Assembly (NCBI GenBank): GCA_031835245.2
Contig: JAVKOQ020000004.1
Location: 124,001 to 188,000, forward strand
DNA length: 64,000 nucleotides
DNA from: Balamuthia mandrillaris
Lineage: Eukaryota
Direction: 5' to 3'
Both the position numbers and the translations under genes were made by a program. The notes under the pieces were generated by a model that saw nothing but the letters and a program-made list of their open reading frames with translations, ran no database searches and was not told the DNA's origin. Of the stretch, positions 14,536 to 26,654 are shown in pieces. Numbering within the stretch: position 1 is the stretch's first letter; each line of letters opens with the position of its first letter.

Positions 14536-16827
14536 TCAAGACAGAGTGTGTAAAAAGCGTAACAAGGTTTGGCCGCGAGGGGATACCTCCGGCCACTCCT
14601 TCCTTTCCTTCCGCAACTGTTCCAACATGTTCTTCACTGCTGCTCCCTCCACCAAGTTCCTACTTTCTTTCTCTGCAAACCGTTTCGCTTCTTCCTCGAA
14701 TAACCGTTTAACTTGCTCCGTCCAAAGGTTATCCCTGTCTAATTCTGCTTCCTCGTCCTCTTCTTCTTCGCTTCTTCGTTCTTGTTGATGCAGAAGAGCA
14801 TCCAAAAGCTTCGCAAGATCGTGAAGCCCATAACTTGGATCAAGTTCCTTTGTCACTCCTTTCCAGTGAGGAACGCCTTCTGCTTCCTCGTCGTCGCATC
14901 CAACATCAAAACCATTGGCAAGCAACACAGCCTTCGGAGAACGTCCTCTCCCAGCTTGTGGTTTCGTTGATGATAATAAAGAAAGTGCTCGTCCGATTCT
15001 TTCTCTTAACCTCCCCTCTTGTCTAGTTGTTGTTACTATTTTCTCTGTTGCACCACCTTCGTTGACAGTAGAAGCAGAACTGTTGGGCCAAGCGTGAAGT
15101 AATCTATCCACAGTAAGAGGAATGGGAGTAGGAAGAGGTTCCACAGAAAATCTATGCAGCACAGAAGACGAGAGCAGTTGTTGAAACCGAAGCGTCTCCT
15201 GTACGTGCTGCGTGTTGAGAAGGAGCAACGCTTTTCCTGATTTAACGACATGAAAAGGAATACGAGTTGCTTCCTTGTGGTCTATTGCTCCAACTACTTC
15301 AAAGGTAGAAGAAGAAGGTTCAGCGTGGTTAGTGCCGTTGTAGTTGTCTTCATTTTCGTTTTGACTGTTTTGAGAAGAAAGAAGGTCGAGTTTGGCTGTA
15401 ATGGCGGATGCACGATCACAACGTTGCGAGATGGCGTTAATATCTACAAAGAGGTCTATGTCGCGTTCTTCGTCCTCTTCTTGTTCCAATGTTCTCATGC
15501 GTTGAGCAAACTCTTGACCCAATCCCTCCGCCATTCGAAGCAAGGTGGAGGGTCCACGCGTTGAAGGAGACGAAGAAACTCCAGAGGAAGAAGCAGAAAA
15601 AGAATCTCGGTCTCGTCTGGTGTGAACGTCTACATCATCTACAGAAGCTCTTGCAGCTTTGTTGGCGTTGTTATTGTTGTCATTAGTGTTGCTGCTTCGG
15701 TCTTGTCTATGCAACGAGAACGGCTCTTCTTCCTCCTCATCGTCGATCAAGAAGGCATCAAACTTTCGTTTTGGCGTTGAACTCCAATGTTGCTGTGTAG
15801 AAGAAAATGTAGACGCAGAAGAAGAAGAGGAAGAAGAAGAGTCGGAGGAAGAGAAGCGAGAACGAGGTCTTGAATCCATAGTCATCATTGCTGAATCTAA
15901 AGAAGGGCGAGAAGCAAAGGGAAGCGGAGTGGAAGTGGAATAAGAGGGTATTGATTCCTCGAAATCTTCCACTGGTTCTTCTTCACCTCCAACTACCTCT
16001 TCAAGTCGTTCAAAATTTTGATCTCTTGCAAGGCTGTTGCTTGGTCGCTGCGTCTCTATTCCGTAAACCTGTGTCATAGGCTCGATTCTAGCAACAAAGT
16101 AATGAATGAAGGGGACGTTGTTAGTAGAACATAACCAAAAAAAAGTGCAAAAACTGTACTCTTCTTCAGGTTCATCTTCAATTGTTGTTCTCGTAGGAAG
16201 ATACGGTTGGGTTGGTGGTTCATCTCCACCTTCATGCATAAATTGGGAAGTCGAGGAAGAAGATGATGACGAAGCATCATCACGTTCTTTCTGTGTGCTT
16301 TTTCCTCCAAGACGAACAATCAGGATGTTATCTTGTGCTGTTTGTTCATACGAAAGTGAAATATCTTGTGTGAGAGAGAGACGATCGCTTTGGGCATATT
16401 CGTCTCTTTCATCGCGTGGAGGATAGAAATCCTCCAAAAATTGTTGCAGATGAGAAAGAATTTCTGTTTCCTCGTGTAAGACTATGGTACGTTTATCCGG
16501 ACTGAAACAGGCAGAGAAAAACAGGGTGAACAAGAAGATCAAAAACAAATACAACAGAAGACAAACCTGCAGTTAATGTCGTAGGAAGAGGCAGCCACAG
16601 TGACATTCAGGGCTATGAAAGGATAGCGGCCAGAAGGAAGGTCGAAACGCGTGCGAACAGCATGGTTTAGGAGCTTGGCAATAGAAGGTATATCTACGGG
16701 CCGTTTGTTTATCCAAAGAAAGTATCTGTCACTGGAAGACCGTGTCACATAGCGGTGAATCGCTTGCGGGCTCGGAATATAACTAGCAGTTTGGTGATGA
16801 AAACGGTTTTTGGCATAATTAGAATAA

Positions 16828-16866
<39 letters not shown>

Positions 16867-17014
16867 AAACCCAGTGAAACGATAGTTGGAATCAGGAGAA
16901 TGAAAGTCGATGTGCGAAAGTTGACCAAACACTTTCGTTGTGAATATTTGCTTTATGGCTTCCTATTGTTCTTTAAGTTTAGATCCCAAAGAAGCACGAG
17001 AAAAATAGAGCATA

Positions 17015-17057
<43 letters not shown>

Positions 17058-18170
17058 GTACCCCCATGTCCGCGACAGGAAGCTTTATAAAGTCGGGACT
17101 TGGAGGAAAGAAAAGAGAAAAGCAAAGTGAAGGAAAGGCGATTGCATAGCCTCGAATAGTCTGCTGTATCTTTTTGGTTTGTAGTTTCATCACTGTGGTC
17201 GTCTTTTGTCGTTTTTGTCTAACCACGAAACGTTCGAAGAGGTTTGTCACTCTCACGGTGGTCCCAACTTCAGTATGTTGTGTAACTTCAGTGCAGCTGC
17301 AATCTTGGAGTTAACACAAGATACCAACACGCAGAAAGAACAAGAAGAAGAACAAGAACAAGAACAAGAAGAACAAACAAACAAACAAACAAACAAACAA
17401 ACAAACAAACAAACAAACAAACAAACAAACAAACAAACAAACAAACAAACAAACAAACAAACAAACAAACAAACAAACAAACAAACAAACAAACAAAAGG
17501 ATGGAAAACGTACGTAAGCATGTGGCCATGGGCATCAAACGTGGCGGAGACGGCCTTCTCGTCCTCTGCCGTGCGCGTGATGATGGTGAGCTGTCCGGTG
17601 GCGCTGATGGAGTTGAGCGCCTCCCCACGGAAGCCAAAGGTTTGCAGGTTGGTGATGTCCTCATAGTCTCTCAGCTTGGAGGTGGTGTACTCCAACGCGC
17701 ACTGCGATAACTCCTCCCGAGCGATGCCTCTTCCATTGTCTTTCACCTTTGTTATTTTTTATATTAATGAAAAGAAAACCCCAAAAGAAAAAAGAAAAAA
17801 GAAAAAAGAAAAAAAAGTTGAGATGAAAAAACCAAAAAAAAAATAAACAAAAAAAATGAGTCGAGATGGAAAAAAAAAAGATTGGTACCTCGACTAGACG
17901 AAGACCGCCACTTTCCAGACGTAAAGTGATGCGCGTGGCACCTCCGTCGATGGCATTCCTTTTCGGAAAAAAATGAAAATCAAAAAAAAAAAACAATCGT
18001 TGTAACGAGATGATAGAGGATGAGAGGAAACAAGATGGAGAAAGAGAAAAACGAAAATGGCGCAAAAAGATAAATACATACTCTACAAGCTCTTTGACCA
18101 CCGAGTGTACGTCCACTATGACGGGTCCAGCTCTTATGGCCCGTATCGCTGAATCTGGTAATCTGTGCAT
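14536..18170 (-). CDS. PMS1: MutL-family mismatch repair protein, PMS1 (human)/MLH2-like, multi-exon
   Basis: GHKL ATPase motifs VVKELVE|NAIDGGAT, KDNGRGI, TSKL and TFGFRGEALNSI; transducer motifs FLWINKRPVD, YPFIALN and YDIN|FSPDKRTI; long low-complexity linker; degenerate C-terminal domain. Confidence 0.85.
17372..17497. repeat. (AAAC)n microsatellite in a MutL intron
   Basis: Perfect tetranucleotide tandem repeat. Confidence 0.95.
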
Positions 18171-18288
18171 TAAAGCTTTACAGGGCTTTTTTTGTTTTTT
18201 TATTTTTTATTTTTCGCTTTTTTTTTAAACGATCGGTAAAATTTTCCTCTAAATTTAAAGTTTTACTAGAAAAATTTAAGTACATTAG

Positions 18289-18304
18289 TTCGTGTCGACA
18301 CGAA
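18289..18304. promoter_or_regulatory. TGTCGACA palindromic upstream motif (here a 16-bp perfect palindrome TTCGTGTCGACACGAA)
   Basis: About 120 bp upstream of the MutL ATG; the same 8-mer recurs upstream of other genes at 26436, 26454, 30531, 43972, 48499 and 63075. Confidence 0.6.
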
Positions 18305-18355
18305 TTGAGTCTGTTGCTGCTCTCCTGATGCAATCTTTTTCGCTCTTCCTCCTTC

Positions 18356-18417
<62 letters not shown>

Positions 18418-18503
18418 CTCTCTCTCGCTCTCTCTCTCTCTTTCTTGCTTTCTCTCTCTCTCCACACACACAGTTTCTTTCTTTTGTTTTTTTAATTTCT
18501 TTT

Positions 18504-18740
18504 TTACATTCTTGCTGTGATAGCTGAGGGTGGCATGATAAGAGAGAAAAGGTCTTGGTCTTTGGCAAAGGAGCGAAGGCCAAGGAACACGATCAGCGGC
18601 ACGAAGCCAAAGTGGAAGGCGAGCTTTGCAAAGTGAACCGCTTTCGTGAAGTAGGGCTGGGCAGTGACCAGGTTTGCTCGCACTCCGGCCAGCAGCGGCG
18701 AGCTCCTCAGAAAACTCGGTTGTTGTTTGTGCTCCGTCAT
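18504..18740 (-). CDS. TOM7: Mitochondrial outer-membrane translocase subunit Tom7
   Basis: 78-aa single-TM protein; FHFGFVPLIVFLG matches the Tom7 H(Y/W)G(F/W)IPxxxYLG signature. Confidence 0.75.
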   Translation of the reverse strand: MTEHKQQPSFLRSSPLLAGVRANLVTAQPYFTKAVHFAKLAFHFGFVPLIVFLGLRSFAKDQDLFSLIMPPSAITARM

Positions 18741-19090
18741 CACTATTTCCAATTTGAACACAAGAGCAAGTTAGCGAGGTGAATGAACCTGAGGCGAGCC
18801 AGGGATGAACAAACCTGTTCTGCTTTCTTTGTGTGCACTTTTATTTTTCTTTGGTCTACAGCAAATGGACTCGGGTTCGACACCCGTTGGAATCCCACAT
18901 TTTTCCTTCCAAATAATAATAATAAAGCAGGGCTGCAGAAATTCTGAAGGAAAACTGTAACATCATTCATGACGACATGAATCAAACACAAAAAAAAAAA
19001 ACCGAACGGAAAGATGAACGCCACACGGAAACAGCTTTACGTTTTGGTGGTGCCCAAACGATGTCTTAGTGGCGGCTCCACCAAAATCCG

Positions 19091-19781
19091 GATGATGGCT
19101 CCCGCTTTCTCACGATCGTGCTGTGTTGCAGCTACGCCACTGCGTTTTTTCTCTTCCTCTTCAAACGAACCTCCCCCACGAGATGAGGAGAACACTTCAC
19201 CCAAACCGCGAGAAGGCGAAGAGGACAAGCTATTCTCAGAGAAGGCCAAACGGTCCAGACAGCACGTCCAACAGCTCAACGAACAACATGACCGCCTCAG
19301 CGAACGCCGCCAGAAGAGCATCGAATCCACGCTAACCTCTGTCTTTGGCGCTCCCTCCTCCACTTCCAACCTCTCGCTACACGACTCCTCCATCAAAATG
19401 GAAAGACATTTTGTGGCCACCATTGAAAGAGCTATGCAGCAACAGCAACAAATCAAAGGAGAGGAACAACAAGAGCAATCTGCTGCGGCTGTTGTTGGCG
19501 AGGAACGCATCACAAACGTAGCAGCAGACCAACAGAAAGCGGATCCCTTTGATCAGCTGCTGCAACAAATGCAGGAAGAACATGGAACAGGACAAAGAGA
19601 AGGAGCAGCATTGCAACAGCAACATGGTCAACAACCACAGCAACCAGCGTTTGCTAGGAGCCCGGATGAGCCACCGCCCATGGAATGGATACAAGCCATG
19701 CGCCAGCTCAGCGGTATGATTGTCAGCTCGGAAGACTTGGAAAAGAGGAAACAACGGAAGGTACGCTCAAACCAACTCCTT

Positions 19782-19817
<36 letters not shown>

Positions 19818-20287
19818 CATAGGCATAGAGAATGCAAGAATGCTTACATGAAAAAACGATAAAAGAGAAATGAACATGGAGAGACGGAGAGTGGATGATG
19901 GAAGAGATGAGAGAATTTCCTTACCTTGTGGATAAACAGGAAGGGACAACGACAGCAAGTAAGCCAGGCTTCACCCCATCTGCCAAGCTGCCCAAGCTTC
20001 GCAACGTCCACTCGCGAGATGATTACTTCGAGACCAGCCTGGAAAAGTCTGGCCGTTTGAACAACCAACAACTCAGGGTCATTCTCTCGGCGAAAGAGAG
20101 AGGCGAGTTGTTCGCCTACCCTGCACAAACAAAGGCACACCAGGAGAAGCAGGAACAAGGCAAAGAAGAACAGAGGCCATCAGCTGCTCAAGATGAAGCG
20201 TTGCGGACGTACGCCACAAAGACAGGAGTTTCCGAGCAGCAACTTCAAACGTTGTTATCCTACTACAGCCTCCCAGAGAATCATTGA
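19091..20287 (+). CDS. Mitochondrial protein, NDUFAF4/UPF0240-like complex I assembly factor (2 exons)
   Basis: Presequence-like N-terminus (MMAPAFSRS...LRFFSS); C-terminal GRLNNQQLRVIL...YATKTGVSEQQLQTLLSYYSLP resembles the NDUFAF4 family C-terminus; donor at 19761, acceptor uncertain. Confidence 0.5.
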
Positions 20288-20603
20288 AAAAAAAAGAACA
20301 AAGAAAAAAAAATCCACACCGCAGCTGGCCAGCTGAAAAAAAGTGTAGTGCAGCCGGGCGGACAAAGCACAAGTGTGGAGGGGTCACGCGTTTTCCCACA
20401 GATCGACAAAGGGGAATAGCATGCCTTGGTTTTCCTGCGGGCTTTTCTCACAGAAAAAAGGCCGAAATTTTAGCGGTTCCCCCGATGGGTTGCGTGACGT
20501 CTGGCCAAACCGAAGAAATGCAATTCCTCGACTCGCCCAACTGCACACACAAAAAAAAGTAGCTAGAGTGTGATCATCCTCTGCTACTTTTTTTTTCTCC
20601 GAA

Positions 20604-20824
20604 GCTTTCTGCCGCTTTGCTGTTGTTTCTGGCGCTCTTGCTCCTCCTTCGCCTGAAAATCAATGAGGCGTTGGACGGCCTCCAGCTCGTTCCGTGAGAT
20701 GCCTAGCCTCCCGCCTGGCACAACGGTCTCAACAAATCCAAGTGGTGGTGCTGCAGCACCAGCCACTGAAGACAAGTTCGAGAGGAGCAAGAGCGCCAAA
20801 AACAACAGCAAAGAGGCAGAAAGC
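20604..20824. repeat. 43-bp inverted repeat (arms 20604-20646 and 20782-20824, 2 mismatches)
   Basis: Direct reverse-complement comparison of the arms. Confidence 0.85.
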
Positions 20825-21170
20825 GACCTCGCAGCGACGGGGATAAGGAGAAAGAAGTAGATGAAGGGCAGACCTCAGAAGACGAGAACAGCGGCCTCCG
20901 GGATTAAAAAGCTGGAGGAATTGGCTTGAACAGTGGCCGGGTTTCCCTTCGAAGAAGTAGCTTATTCCCTTCGACAGCATAGCGGACGCTGTGGAGAACG
21001 TAATGAGCACAACCGACGTAAGTTTTTTCACGTGTTGTGTTACTTTCTTGGCCCAACAACTCAGTCTTTCCTACCCAGCTTTTGAAAGACATTCAGCGAA
21101 AGCTTGACGGGCTAAACGCAGCTGCAGAAGGCACTAACACTAAACTAGCCTCGCTTGAGGAAAAATAACA
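20604..21170 (+). pseudogene. Rearranged relic of an intron-containing coiled-coil protein gene
   Basis: Coding-like fragments (EEQERQKQQQRGRKRPRSD..., LLKDIQRKLDGLNAAAEGTNTKLASLEEK) with a GTAAGT...CTCAG intron at ~21019-21064, in-frame stops and inverted duplications. Confidence 0.4.
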
Positions 21171-21172
21171 AA

Positions 21173-21249
21173 AAGGTACCAACGCTAAACTAGACGGCAC
21201 AGCACCTCCATTCGTGCGTCAAGTGCGTCTAGTTTAGCGTTGGTACCTT
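21173..21249. repeat. Perfect 24-bp inverted repeat forming a 77-nt hairpin
   Basis: AAGGTACCAACGCTAAACTAGACG (21173-21196) versus CGTCTAGTTTAGCGTTGGTACCTT (21226-21249). Confidence 0.9.
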
Positions 21250-22075
21250 CTGCAGCTGTGAATCACTCACACAGTTTGCGTCCGCATTGCAGTGCAGAGA
21301 GGGCTACACACCAGGAGTAAGGAAGCATGCCTGCAAACCCAGACTGGTCACATCCTCCCAATGCTTTGTCCTGCCCCCGCAGCTCACCCAAATGGTAAAC
21401 AAGAAAAATAAAACAAAAAAAAACTCACATCGCACACTCATCTCTCTATGCCATGTGGTGATTTCCTGGCCTTGCCTGTCCAAACGGTGGCACGCACATG
21501 CATCGCTGGACTACACCCCGTGGGCAAAGTTACTGGTCAGCTTAGTTTCAAGAATTTTCTCAACTTTGTAAGCAGCAAAAAACACCACGTAGCGGCTGCG
21601 CGGTAGGCATTGGCAAGCATTTGTCGATTACATGGCGCAAAACTTTTCCAAATCTCATCAATCCCCATGGACGTCCTCGTCACTCGCTCTATGGGCCAGT
21701 GACATCACTAACTGCAAGCACATCTCACACTGCCTTTATTCACTAAACAGCACAGGACATACGCTCTAACTGGAAGCCATGAGAAGACACCGGAGGCAGA
21801 AGGAGGTGAGCAGGAACGCCACGGCTGCTCATGGGTGGGCGGGCGGGCGATCTCCCACACAAAGAATTCCACAATCCCTCCTCCCACACTAAACTGACTC
21901 CTTCGCTGTCTCTCCCTCAAAAAACCTCTGCTACCGCCTGCCCTGCAACTCCCCAGCCACAACTCGTGGTCGATTTCTGCTCGCTCTCTTCCTATGGAAA
22001 TCTGCGCGGCAGAATCACTGTCCAGATGGACGTCTTCGTCGCTCTACGTGCCCAGACACGATTCTCACTGAACAA

Positions 22076-22146
22076 GCATCCGTAGTCTAGGGGCATGATT
22101 TCCGCCTGCCACGCGGGAGGCCCGGGTTCAACTCCCGGCGGATGCA
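22076..22146 (+). tRNA. tRNA-Gly(GCC)
   Basis: Acceptor stem GCATCCG/CGGATGC+A, anticodon loop CTGCCAC, T-arm CCGGG-TTCAACT-CCCGG, downstream T-tract (Pol III terminator). Confidence 0.95.
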
Positions 22147-22619
22147 CATTCTTTTGCACTTTTTTTGGTTTGCCTTCAGGGACACAGACAAGAAAGAATA
22201 GAAAACGAGGAAAGGCTGAAAAGAACATCAACATAATTAAATGAAAACAAAAAACAAAACAAAAACTGATGTACTATCGCGGAAAACAGCCTCTATATGT
22301 TTTGAGGAAATATAGGTTGCTCGCCAGGCGAAAGCACGACTAGGCTGGTGTTCAACTGCAACATTTATCTTTGTTGTTCATCTTCTTTCCTTTAAGTTAT
22401 GGGAAGTTTTTCGTTTTTGGGTGTTTCTTGAACTTTCTTAATTCAGCGTCAGACGGAAAACCATAACAACAGCCAATGTACAAAAAAAAAAAAAAAAACA
22501 AACAAACAAACAAAAACAAAAACAAAACCACGCTCTCTGTACCGCGTTATGTTTTTATAAAAACCTGGAAAAAAGGCGGCAGGCAGGATACTAAATACAA
22601 TGAGGAAAAAAAAAGAATG

Positions 22620-22690
22620 TGCATCCGCCGGGAGTTGAACCCGGGCCTCCCGCGTGGCAGGCGGAAATCATGCCCCTAGACTACGGATGC
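22620..22690 (-). tRNA. tRNA-Gly(GCC), identical second copy
   Basis: Exact reverse complement of 22076-22146, with a downstream T-tract. Confidence 0.95.
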
Positions 22691-22922
22691 TTGTTGAGAT
22701 GTTCACCTTTTTTTCTACAAACCAAACAAAAAGTCCTGCATTCGGCGCATTAAACTTCGGGCCATTTATTTGTTTTCTTTTGTGGTGTTTTCTTCTTTGC
22801 TGTGCTGTGCGTGCAAGACAACAACCACCACAACCGTTTGTGCCTCGTGTTTGACCGATCTGCTGGCCTTTACCTTGGTTTGTCTTCATTTTTTGTTCCT
22901 TTTCTTTCTTATTTGTTTGTTT

Positions 22923-22930
22923 TGACGTCA
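22923..22930. promoter_or_regulatory. CRE/ATF-type palindrome TGACGTCA upstream of RhoGAP
   Basis: About 105 bp upstream of ATG 23034; also at 26405 and 52158 upstream of other genes. Confidence 0.35.
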
Positions 22931-23033
22931 ACAAAACTGATCCTAATCGCTTTTTAATCTTTGTTGATGCGTTACAGATTTCAGATCACCAAACAAACGA
23001 ACAAAAAAAAGAAGAAGAAGAAAGAAAACAGCC

Positions 23034-25105
23034 ATGATACGAGGACAACAACAATCACCGCCGCGAGGAACGGTTGCCTTCCGAGCGGGCGGAAGAGGAG
23101 GAGGCGGGGGGAGAGGGCGAGGAGGCGGCGGCCCGGCCGTCCTCACCAAAGCCTACAGCACCAATTCCTACCACGAGTTGGCGTTGGGTGGCAGCACGCC
23201 CGCCGGTGCCGCTTCCGCCTCCTCCCATCCCATGATTTCTCCTCGTTTTGTTGGGGGAGGTGGGGGAGGAAGCGCCGTGCTTATCAGCAACAGTAATGGT
23301 GGGGGTTGTGGCTGGGACTCCACAGTATCCGCTGGGCACCATCACCACCATCAACCTTTTTCGGGGACCTCCTCGGCCACTTTTTCTGCCATTTCTTCAT
23401 CATCTTCATCTTCTTCTTCCTTTTCCCAAGCTCGTTTTCAACAACAACAAACGGTTGGCGGGAGTGCTATTGTCATGAAGAGCAACACCAGCAACGCGGA
23501 CTCTCCTCTTCTTCACCAAGGAGAGAACAACAGCAATAAGAAAGGATGGAAGAACAACTTGAAAGGTTTGGTCAACGACACTTCGAAGCGAGTCAAGGAC
23601 ACCACCAAAAAGTTATCTCATAACATTAACACCAAGTCAGAAGAAGGAGAGCAACAGCAACAACAACAGCACAAAGGGGAAGGAGAGGAGCAACAACACA
23701 AAGAAGAAGGAGATGGCAAGCTAAAGAAGAGGAAAGAGAAGGAGGAAAATGAGTCGCATGAAAGCGGCAAGACAATCAGCTTCGGAGGAATGGGCAACAA
23801 GTTGAAGCAGAAGCTGAACGTCGGTCGCTCCTCTTCTGCTCCGCCGATGGTGTGCTCCTCTTCTGCCATTCCAACCGTCAAAGCGCTCGATGCTGACGTG
23901 AAGACCGTGAGCGTTCGTAAGACTACAAGCCAATGGGAAGATATTACTCGCAAAGAACAACAACCACAGCAGCAGCAGCAACCCACTTCTCTTTCTGCTT
24001 CATGTCCTGCGACTATAACTTCTTCGTCACCGCCAAAGAACAAACAAGAACAAAACGGTTTATCAGAACATAAAGAACACAAAGAGCACAAAGACAAAGA
24101 AGACAACAGCATCAATAGGTTTAAGCAAAAGTTACCAAAGGTGCATCTTGCTTCTTCTGTGAGAAAGTTAGTGGACACCAACACTTCTGTCGGTCAAAAA
24201 TGGGAGAACGAGCAAGAAAAACAACGAAAGAAACAAGAGAAGGAGGAGAAGAAGAAGCAAAAGGCGGCCATCAAACTCGCTTCATCCCCGACAGATATTC
24301 CATCCTCATCATTGCCACCCGCAAAAGAAGCAGCTGCTGTGGTGCCTAGTGGAAGTGTTGGCTCGGTGGCCAGTTTGTGGGAGAGCAAGTCCAAAGCGGA
24401 GGAGCAATCGGAGCAGCAAAGGATGGAAGAGTTGGAGGCTCTTCGGTTGGCCAGACAGAAGGAACAGGAGGAGCGGAGGAAGCAAAAGGAAGCGGAGGAG
24501 AAACGCCGGTTGAAGGAGGAGGAGAAGCAGAAGAAGGAGGAGGAGAAAGAGGAAGAGCGGAAGAGAAAGGAGATAGAAAAACAGAAGAGGGATGAAGAAA
24601 AGGAAGAGGAGAGAAAGAGGAGAGAGCAAGAGAAGGAAGAAGAACGACAACAACGGGAACGAGAAAAGGAGGCGGAGAGGCTTCGCAAAGAGGAGGAAAA
24701 GAGAAAAAAAGAGGAAGAGAAACGGAAAAAGGAGGAAGAGAAGTTGCTTCAGAAACAACGGAGCGAGAGAAAGGTGTTTGGAGTTTCTCTGCAGGAGGTA
24801 ATGGCGTTACAACAGGCCGAACATCCTTCCTTGAAGGTTCCTGTGTTGATCGTTAAGGCTTTGGCTTTTCTGGAAAGTACTGATGGTAATGTCGCCGAAT
24901 TCTCTGTTCTAGTGGCCTCGTCTTTTTGTTCCCTGTCTGTTATCTTTTTTGTTTAATCTTGCTTGTTGATGTTAGCTGTTTTGAACACCTTTTCTCATTC
25001 TGCATTTGTTTACAGCTTGCACACTAGAAGGCATATTCCGGAAGTCGGGTGCATTAGAAACTCATAATGAGCTTGTTGACCAAATAAATCAAGGTATTTC
25101 CTCCA

Positions 25106-25164
<59 letters not shown>

Positions 25165-26066
25165 GCTCTTGCCGTTGCGCATTTTTTTAACAGCTGTACT
25201 CTATGGGACTATAGGGACAGCAGAATTTGCACCAGGAATGGACCCATATGCAGTGGCTGGTCTTATAAAAGCGTTCTTGCGCGAACTGCCCGACCCCATT
25301 CTTACCTTTGCATTATATGATCGTTGGGTTGCATGTACAGGTTCGTTTCTCATTTTCTTTCTCGTCGTTCGCTCTCTCTCTCTCTCTCTCCCTATCTCTC
25401 TCTTAACATTCCACATCCTCCCATGCAGATCAAACTCGTTTTCCACAGCCAACAACCGAGTTGAAGAGCCTTCTCCAACAACTGCCTCCAGTAAACTACA
25501 ACACTCTTCATCTCCTCTTCACCTACTGGCACAAAGTGGTGTTAGAGAAGAACAGCAAGACCAATCGCATGACGGCCGAGGCCCTCTCTATAGTCGTTGG
25601 ACCCAACCTGCTTTGGCCCCAAGGAGATGCGGTGGACCTGATAATGAACTCTATGGCCAAAGTCAACCACCTTACTCGACTCATGATCGAGAACTACTCT
25701 TCCCTGTTTCCTTCGTTGCCTTCTTCTGCTTTTGTGATTAGCTCTTCTTCGTCTTCTGCCGCTTCAACTTCTTCTTCTGTACAACAGACACCAAGATCCA
25801 CTTTTTCATCATCTTCAACAACTTCAGCCCCAACAGGAGCAACCAATGCTGCCAACTTGGTAAAGCAACGAGCAGCCGTGTTTGATTCTCCTTCGTCTTC
25901 ATCCTCATCATCTTCGCCGGTAACTTCCTCCTCATCCTCCATTCCTTCCCTTTCTGCGTCTGGAAAGGTCAACATACCAGCAAGTGGAAACAGGACTGCA
26001 AGCGGAGGAGGAGTGAGAGCTGCTGCCGCTGCTTTTGCCTCCAAGGCCGCTGGAAGTTCTTCCTGA
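23034..26066 (+). CDS. RhoGAP domain protein with long disordered, charged coiled-coil N-terminus (multi-exon)
   Basis: KVFGVSLQE...VPVLIVKAL, arginine finger LEGIFRKSG, DPYAVAGLIKAFLRELPDPILT, and NRMTAEALSIVVGPNLL. Confidence 0.9.
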
Positions 26067-26654
26067 GTTGTGCCATACTTATTTTTTAAAAAAACTCGAT
26101 GTGCATGTGTGATATGTTTATGTAAAGATAAAAAAAAGAAAGCAAAAGAAAACGATATAAAGAAAAAGAAACAAGGAATAAATGAATATCTACTTTGGCA
26201 GGCAGGTTTAAATAGCATCACCGACAAGTGGTCTTACGGAAACACAACAGGATCCTTCTCAGAAACACTCCACACTGCACGACAGACCCCGGCTGTCCCA
26301 TCGGGCCAAACGGAGGAGAGATGAAGAGGGCGAGGAAGGCGGTGAGATTCAACGATGGCGCAGCAGTTTTTGTCGACGAAGTAAAAAGCGTAAAATCCCT
26401 TGTATGACGTCATCATTAGATCATGATCTGGATGGTGTCGACAAAATCTTTTCTGTCGACAAATATTATCGCAAAATAAAAAGAGAAGATCAGATTTTGT
26501 GAAAGGAAGAAAGCGGAGGTACCAGTGCTACGATCTTTCTTTATCTGCTGCTTTTAATCTCCGTTTGGTTGTTTTTTGCTGTTGTTGAGCTCCTGTTTTT
26601 GTTTTTATCTTACCCCTCCCCCTTGTGCTTTTTTGTTTTTAAAAAGTTCTCCAT

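Noticed and set aside
26220..26365. GC-rich intergenic patch as a candidate ncRNA
   Set aside because: No recognisable box motifs or convincing stems
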